DNA from: Firmicutes bacterium UBA2203
Lineage (GTDB): Bacteria; Bacillota; Desulfotomaculia; Desulfotomaculales; Nap2-2B
Assembly: GCA_002327235.1 (NCBI GenBank)
Contig: DCUX01000008.1
Span: 62,845-126,844, forward strand
DNA length: 64,000 nt
Direction of reading: 5' to 3'
Shown here: positions 59,390 to 64,000 of the stretch, one piece after another
How positions within the stretch are numbered: position 1 is the first letter of the stretch
Layout: each line of letters starts with the position of its first letter
Made by a program: the position numbers and the translations under genes
Notes under the pieces: generated by a model
Databases searched by the model: none
Seen by the model: only the letters and a program-made list of their open reading frames with translations
What the model was told of the DNA's origin: nothing

Positions 59390-61549
59390 CTAGCTAATCA
59401 TATAGCCATTAAGTTCTACGCTCAAGCGAGCGTCAAGGGCCAGCACTCCTTTATGTCCTACCAGTAAAGGATTAAGGTCTAGTTCCTGAATTTCAGGATG
59501 ATTGACGACCATTTGCCCTAGGCTAAGCAAGGAATTAACCAGGGCCTCTATATCTAAAGGAGGCTTGCCCCGAAAACCTAAAAGCAGTTGATAAGAACGT
59601 GTTTCCTGAATCATGGCCAACGCCTGGATACGATTAATGGGGACAATCCGAAAAGCAACATCTTTAAATAATTCGGTATAGATACCTCCTAGCCCGTAAA
59701 CCAAAACAGGACCAAAAACCGGGTCTTTTTTGCTCCCCAGGATAACCTCGATACTATCCGGGTTAGTTATATAAGGTTGAATAAGCACCCCTAAAACCTG
59801 TATTTTTAACTCTTGATTTAGCTCAAGGACTTTTATTTTCCTAAATGCTTTTTCTACGGCCTCAGGGCCGTTCAAGTTTAGGTAAACTCCTCCCACATCA
59901 GATTTATGGGTAACTTCAGGACTTAATACTTTCATGACTACCGGATAACCAATTTCTTCGGCCGCGGCCAAGGCCTCAGTTAAATTGTGCGCCACTTTTG
60001 TTGATACGATGGGAATATTATATGCTTGAAGCACTTCTTCCAGTTCAGGGAAATTAATGGTGGCTTTATTTTGTTTTCGGGCCGTATAAAGAATTCTTTT
60101 AACCTGATTTATCTTCTGTTCATTAAAAGCAATAAAGGGTTCGTTTTTCTCCGGGTTCTCCAGGACAGGTTTTATCTGCTGGTGGTAACGGTATAACGCG
60201 CCCAAGGCGGCCATAGCCCTCTCCGGTGAATGGTAGGCTACAATCCGGCCTGGCTTTTCTAAAATAGAGGCAAATTCCTGCCGGTAAGGACCATATACCC
60301 AAACCGCTACCGGTTTTTCGGGGTGGTTAGCGGCAGCCCGGTTAAGTAAGTCGGAGATGTTTAGTAATTTATCTTGCGCTGGGTGGAGGTATGCGGGTGA
60401 AACACAAAACACCGCGTCAACCTGAGGATCGCTTAGTACTGCCTCCAATGATAAAGAGTAAACATGATGGTATCCGTGTATCATTCCTGCCGGCCAAATA
60501 TCAGCCGGATTAATTACTTCCATCCAATCAGGAAAAACTTCTTTAAGACGGTTCACGGTAGCAGGACTAAACGAGGCTAATTTTAAGCCAAAGTTACTCA
60601 TGGCGTCAGCCGTAGCAATCCCTGCCCCGCCACTAATGGTTAAAACGGCAATCCTTTGACCTGGAATGGACTGATAAGTAAGAAAAGTTTTATTAAAAAA
60701 ACGCATTTCTTCGACATCTTGCACCCTGATAATACCACATTGCTTAAATGCCGTTTCAAAAACGTGGTCTTCCCCGGCCAAAGAGCCACTGTGTGAAATA
60801 GCCGCTTTGGCTCCTGCCTCACTGCGTCCTGTTTTTAAGCAAAAAATGGGTTTTTTGCAGCCTGCCTTTCGAGCAAGTTCCATAAACCGCCGTCCGTTCT
60901 TTATGCCCTCAATATGCAGATTTATTACTTTAATTTGAGGGTCATTGTCTAAATACTCCAGTAAATCACTTATTTCAATATCGGCCGCGTTGCCAAGATC
61001 AATTCCCAGGCCTATGCCGGCCGCAAAATCAGCCGACCCTAGAAGAAAGATTCCCGATTGACTGATCATGCAACAATTATTTTTTTGGCGGTGAAAATCA
61101 AGAAAGGAGGTGTGAAAATCAACAAAAGTGTTTACCACCCCAATTGTATTAGGCCCAATAAGCCTGGTCCCGGTACCCTGGATTATTTTACCCAGTTCTG
61201 CTTGCATCACTTGACCTTCTTTATCTCCATCCGCAAAACCCTGGGTTACCACAATTACAGCCTTAATTCCTTTAAGGACACAGTCTTTTACTACTTCTAC
61301 CACCACAGTACGTGGTGTTGAAATAACTGCTAAATCTACCGATTCCGGTAACTCTAATACCGAACGGTATAATGTCTGGCCTAATAATTCCCCTCCTTTA
61401 GGGTTAACGGCGTATATCCGGCCATTATAATTAGTTTTTATTAACTGTTCAAGAGGATTATACGCTTCTGGTCCGGTACGGGTAGTTACACCGATCAAAA
61501 CCACCGAACGAGGATTTAAAAAATAATTAATTTCATTAAGTGAAAGCAA
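59390..61549 (-). CDS. ADP-forming acyl-CoA synthetase (CoA-binding + succinyl-CoA-ligase-like + ATP-grasp domains)
   Basis: 719 aa. PRSVVLIGVT...YAVNPKG CoA-binding N-terminus, GPNTIGV, SQSG, and a C-terminal ATP-grasp (YPVVMKVLSPEVTHKSDVGGV). TTG start. Confidence 0.85.
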   Translation of the reverse strand: MLSLNEINYFLNPRSVVLIGVTTRTGPEAYNPLEQLIKTNYNGRIYAVNPKGGELLGQTLYRSVLELPESVDLAVISTPRTVVVEVVKDCVLKGIKAVIVVTQGFADGDKEGQVMQAELGKIIQGTGTRLIGPNTIGVVNTFVDFHTSFLDFHRQKNNCCMISQSGIFLLGSADFAAGIGLGIDLGNAADIEISDLLEYLDNDPQIKVINLHIEGIKNGRRFMELARKAGCKKPIFCLKTGRSEAGAKAAISHSGSLAGEDHVFETAFKQCGIIRVQDVEEMRFFNKTFLTYQSIPGQRIAVLTISGGAGIATADAMSNFGLKLASFSPATVNRLKEVFPDWMEVINPADIWPAGMIHGYHHVYSLSLEAVLSDPQVDAVFCVSPAYLHPAQDKLLNISDLLNRAAANHPEKPVAVWVYGPYRQEFASILEKPGRIVAYHSPERAMAALGALYRYHQQIKPVLENPEKNEPFIAFNEQKINQVKRILYTARKQNKATINFPELEEVLQAYNIPIVSTKVAHNLTEALAAAEEIGYPVVMKVLSPEVTHKSDVGGVYLNLNGPEAVEKAFRKIKVLELNQELKIQVLGVLIQPYITNPDSIEVILGSKKDPVFGPVLVYGLGGIYTELFKDVAFRIVPINRIQALAMIQETRSYQLLLGFRGKPPLDIEALVNSLLSLGQMVVNHPEIQELDLNPLLVGHKGVLALDARLSVELNGYMIS

Positions 61550-61595
61550 ATACTAAAACCTCCTTAACACTTCAAAATTAAATATAAAAATAGAA

Positions 61596-61626
61596 ATAAA
61601 AAGGTTCCTTTAAATAAAGGAACCTT
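61596..61626 (-). terminator. Intrinsic terminator after the Acs-like gene
   Basis: AAGGTTCCTT-TAAATA-AAGGAACCTT. On the minus strand it is followed by TTTTATTTC. Confidence 0.7.
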
Positions 61627-61644
61627 CGGCCTATCTTATAAGGC

Positions 61645-63207
61645 CTAAAAGGCAATTCTTTTAACCACGCTAATATAACCATTTTTATCTTTCTTGGCTA
61701 TATCACCGGTATAATAAAGACCCTTCATTTTGGTCCAGTACCTATCTTTATAAAGTTCCTGATTTTCATAAATTGTTCTTAGCATATACGGCCAGGGTTT
61801 TTTTATCACCAGGTATCCTTCCTCTTCAACTCCTACTTCTTTTCCTTCTTTATTTACAACCCCGGCTACAATTCCGGGGAAAGCCGTTCCGATAGAACCA
61901 GGTTTTAAGGGCATGGTTGGTAAAGTGCTAATTAAAAGCCCACCCGTTTCAATTTGCCCCCAAACATCCATAATATGACATTGTTTTTTTCCCACTGTCT
62001 TGAAATACCAGTTCCAGGTTTCTATATCTATTGGCTCGTCCATAGTGGCTAGGAGTCTCAGGCTTGACAAATCATGTTTTTCCAACCAAGCATCGCCTTG
62101 ACGCATAAGATTTTTAATATTTGAAACAATAGCGGCAAAAATATTAATTTCGTATTTTTCAACTAATGACCACCATTTATCCGGGTAAGGATAAACAGGG
62201 ATACCTTCGTAAAAGAAAATAGTTGCTCCATTTAATAAGGGACCGTACACAGTATAGGTATGGCCTGTAATCCAAGCCGGATCAGAGGTACACCAATAAC
62301 GGTCAATATCTTTTAAATCCCCAATTAACTTAGTAGTAAAATAGGCTCCAACCATATATCCACCGTGCGTATATAAATATCCGTTAAGTATGCCTGAGCG
62401 TTGGGAAATACGAGGCCGGTAAATTATAAAAAGCGGGTCTTCGGCATCCATAGCTTCGGTCTCTTCTTTACTGGTAATAATAGGTAGATTAATTAGTTCG
62501 TGATACCAATAATCACGGTTTATTTCCATATGAACATCCTGACCGGTTCTTTTAACTACAATTACCGATTTTACCGTCGGGGTTAATTTTAAGGCTTCAT
62601 CTAATACCTCCTTTTTTAGAGGAACCGTAACGCCATTACGAAAACTTCCGTCTGAGGCAATCACACATTTAGAACCGGTACTTAAGATTTGTTGTCTTAA
62701 AGTGTATGCATCCAGCCCTATATACGCTATATGGTGGATAGCCCCTATTTTAGCGCAGGCCAGCATCATTATAATTTGCTCGGGAATCTTGGGCAAAAAG
62801 ATGGTTACGCGGTCACCCTTTTTAACCCCCATATTTTTCAGAAGATTAGCACATTTATTTACTTCCCGGCAAAGAGCGTGATAACTATAAGTCCGCATTT
62901 CGCCATTTTCGCCTTCCCAAATAAGGGCTAATTTGTTGCGTTTGGGGGTATTAACATATCTTTCCACGGCATTATGAAAAATATTAACTTTTCCCCCCTC
63001 AAACCATTTATAAAAAGGAGGATTTTGGTCGTTTAATATTTTATCCCAGGGAGCGTACCAGGTTAACTCTTTAGCTATTTCTTGCCACAATTTAACCGGC
63101 TCATCCTGTGTTTCTTGAATAAGCTTTTCGTATTGCCTTGCGTTTGCTTTTTCAACTAACGATTCTGAAGGAATAAAATAACCATTTTTTTCTTGAAACA
63201 TATTCAT
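61645..63207 (-). CDS. Acetyl-CoA-synthetase-like protein: N-terminal domain only, with degenerate P-loop
   Basis: 520 aa. It aligns with AMP-forming Acs (YWCTSDPAWITGHTY, DVWGQIETGG, YYTGDIAKKDKNGY) but stops at the hinge (..VVKRIAF-stop). It carries RPRISQRSGILNG where TSGSTGKPKG is expected. Confidence 0.8.
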   Translation of the reverse strand: MNMFQEKNGYFIPSESLVEKANARQYEKLIQETQDEPVKLWQEIAKELTWYAPWDKILNDQNPPFYKWFEGGKVNIFHNAVERYVNTPKRNKLALIWEGENGEMRTYSYHALCREVNKCANLLKNMGVKKGDRVTIFLPKIPEQIIMMLACAKIGAIHHIAYIGLDAYTLRQQILSTGSKCVIASDGSFRNGVTVPLKKEVLDEALKLTPTVKSVIVVKRTGQDVHMEINRDYWYHELINLPIITSKEETEAMDAEDPLFIIYRPRISQRSGILNGYLYTHGGYMVGAYFTTKLIGDLKDIDRYWCTSDPAWITGHTYTVYGPLLNGATIFFYEGIPVYPYPDKWWSLVEKYEINIFAAIVSNIKNLMRQGDAWLEKHDLSSLRLLATMDEPIDIETWNWYFKTVGKKQCHIMDVWGQIETGGLLISTLPTMPLKPGSIGTAFPGIVAGVVNKEGKEVGVEEEGYLVIKKPWPYMLRTIYENQELYKDRYWTKMKGLYYTGDIAKKDKNGYISVVKRIAF

Positions 63208-63344
63208 TACCTCCTAAATTGATTTATCTTTAAAATAAATTTTGTGAATTACCAGATAATAAAGAAAATACTTATAATACTTTACCTTTCGCTATATATA
63301 AAAAAAATCCTCCTTGAAAATAAAAAAACCTCTTTTTTTAAAAT

Positions 63345-63424
63345 GTAAACGTATAAAGATCTGTAAGTCTGGCAAAAAAACTCTGTGCCTCTGTGCCTTT
63401 GCCCCTTTGAACCTGAGTAGTTAC
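63345..63424 (-). mobile_element. MITE-like repeat, copy 6 (about two-thirds of an element, reverse orientation)
   Basis: ..CGTATAAAGATCTGTAAGTCTGGCAAAAAAACTCTGTGCCTCTGTGCCTTTGCCCCTTTGAACCTGAGTAGTTAC. It ends 13 nt from the selD stop. Confidence 0.8.
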
Positions 63425-63436
63425 TAATAAACTTAC

Positions 63437-64000
63437 TTATTTTACTAAGATCAGGTAATCTTGCTTTTCGGTAACCCGCCCTACAGTTTGTACAAAAAGA
63501 GTTCTCTTCTCCTGCCGGTTTAGGGCCGCAAAAAAATCCCGTTCTTTTTCCCCTGGTAAAGCAATAAACAGCCCCCCGGAAGTCTGGGGATCAAATAAGA
63601 TCATTTTTTCAATTGCCGTAATTCTATCGGCAAAGATAATTTCATTTATTAAATAGTCCCGGTTTTTATAAGCCCCTCCCGGAATTAGACCTAGGGAAGC
63701 TAAATTTTCAATTTCAGGAAGAAGAGGTATTTTACCCATTTCTAATTCCAGGGAAACCTTACTGGCCAAAGCCATTTCTGCAGCGTGGCCTAAAAGCCCA
63801 AAACCGGTAATATCCGTACAGGCATGAACACCAGCCGCAGGCATAGCCGTGGCAGCGGCGGCATTAAGGGTGGTCATGCTGGTTACGGCTGCCACTTGTG
63901 TTTCTGGGGAGACCAGGCCGGCTTTAATACCCGTGGTGATAATTCCTGTTCCAATTGGCTTGGTTAAAATAAGCACATCCCCAGGTAAAGCCCCTGCGTT
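63437..64000 (-). CDS. selD: Selenide, water dikinase (selenophosphate synthetase), C-terminal part; the 5' end lies beyond the window
   Basis: ..NAGALPGDVLILTKPIGTGIITTGIKAG.. and the downstream AIR-synthase-like C-domain. The reading frame stays open to position 64000. Confidence 0.8.
   Translation of the reverse strand, partial: NAGALPGDVLILTKPIGTGIITTGIKAGLVSPETQVAAVTSMTTLNAAAATAMPAAGVHACTDITGFGLLGHAAEMALASKVSLELEMGKIPLLPEIENLASLGLIPGGAYKNRDYLINEIIFADRITAIEKMILFDPQTSGGLFIALPGEKERDFFAALNRQEKRTLFVQTVGRVTEKQDYLILVK

Overview
This 64-kb window looks like the chromosome of a spore-forming anaerobic Firmicute. The gene content is Clostridia/Peptococcaceae-like, but no species call is possible from the sequence alone.

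Gene order, left to right:
- secA (5' end only), hpf, a cold-shock gene, comFC, a GAF-GGDEF cyclase and metK, all on the minus strand.
- A GT2 polysaccharide-synthase operon and a GH16 glycanase, each behind a c-di-GMP-I (GEMM-I-like) leader.
- An isopropylmalate/tartrate-dehydrogenase-family gene and an MBL hydrolase.
- A higher-GC accessory island at about 11.7-19.3 kb. It holds hicBA, a truncated OLD-like ATPase, a higBA-like pair whose toxin is split by a palindromic element, a stray Mod fragment, and a Type III R-M system with an intact mosaic mod and a decayed res.
- The three-gene sulfide-dependent homocysteine set (COG1900 / NIL-ferredoxin / COG2122).
- An S8 protease and a LysM-SleB-type hydrolase.
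- Two aldolases, a Zn-ADH and mtaD.
- polX, a TldD/PmbA-family gene, aroQ, a pepP-like gene and efp.
- The complete spoIIIAA-AH operon.
- agrB plus an unlisted 43-codon agrD, followed by a polytopic GGDEF/HD-GYP protein.
- Three regulators with degenerate receiver domains.
- A 9-kb cluster of six paralogous TasA/camelysin-like secreted proteins, one fused to a beta-propeller, with a polytopic SipW-type signal peptidase.
- A MoaD/ThiS-like + unknown + ThiF/MoeB-like operon.
- acyP, an alpha/beta hydrolase, an ADP-forming acyl-CoA synthetase, a degenerate truncated Acs-like gene, and selD (3' part only).

No rRNA, tRNA or CRISPR array was seen.

Two small repeat families are scattered through the intergenic DNA:
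- A 117-187 bp MITE-like element with GTAACTACTCAGG termini, in six copies.
- A GGGCGT...ACGCCC palindrome in four copies, one of them inside a toxin gene.

The most promising candidate for an undescribed system is the agr / c-di-GMP / pseudo-receiver regulator / TasA-like fibre / SipW-fusion block at about 40.1-54.7 kb.

All functional calls rest on motifs read by eye and on recalled family signatures. No database search was run.
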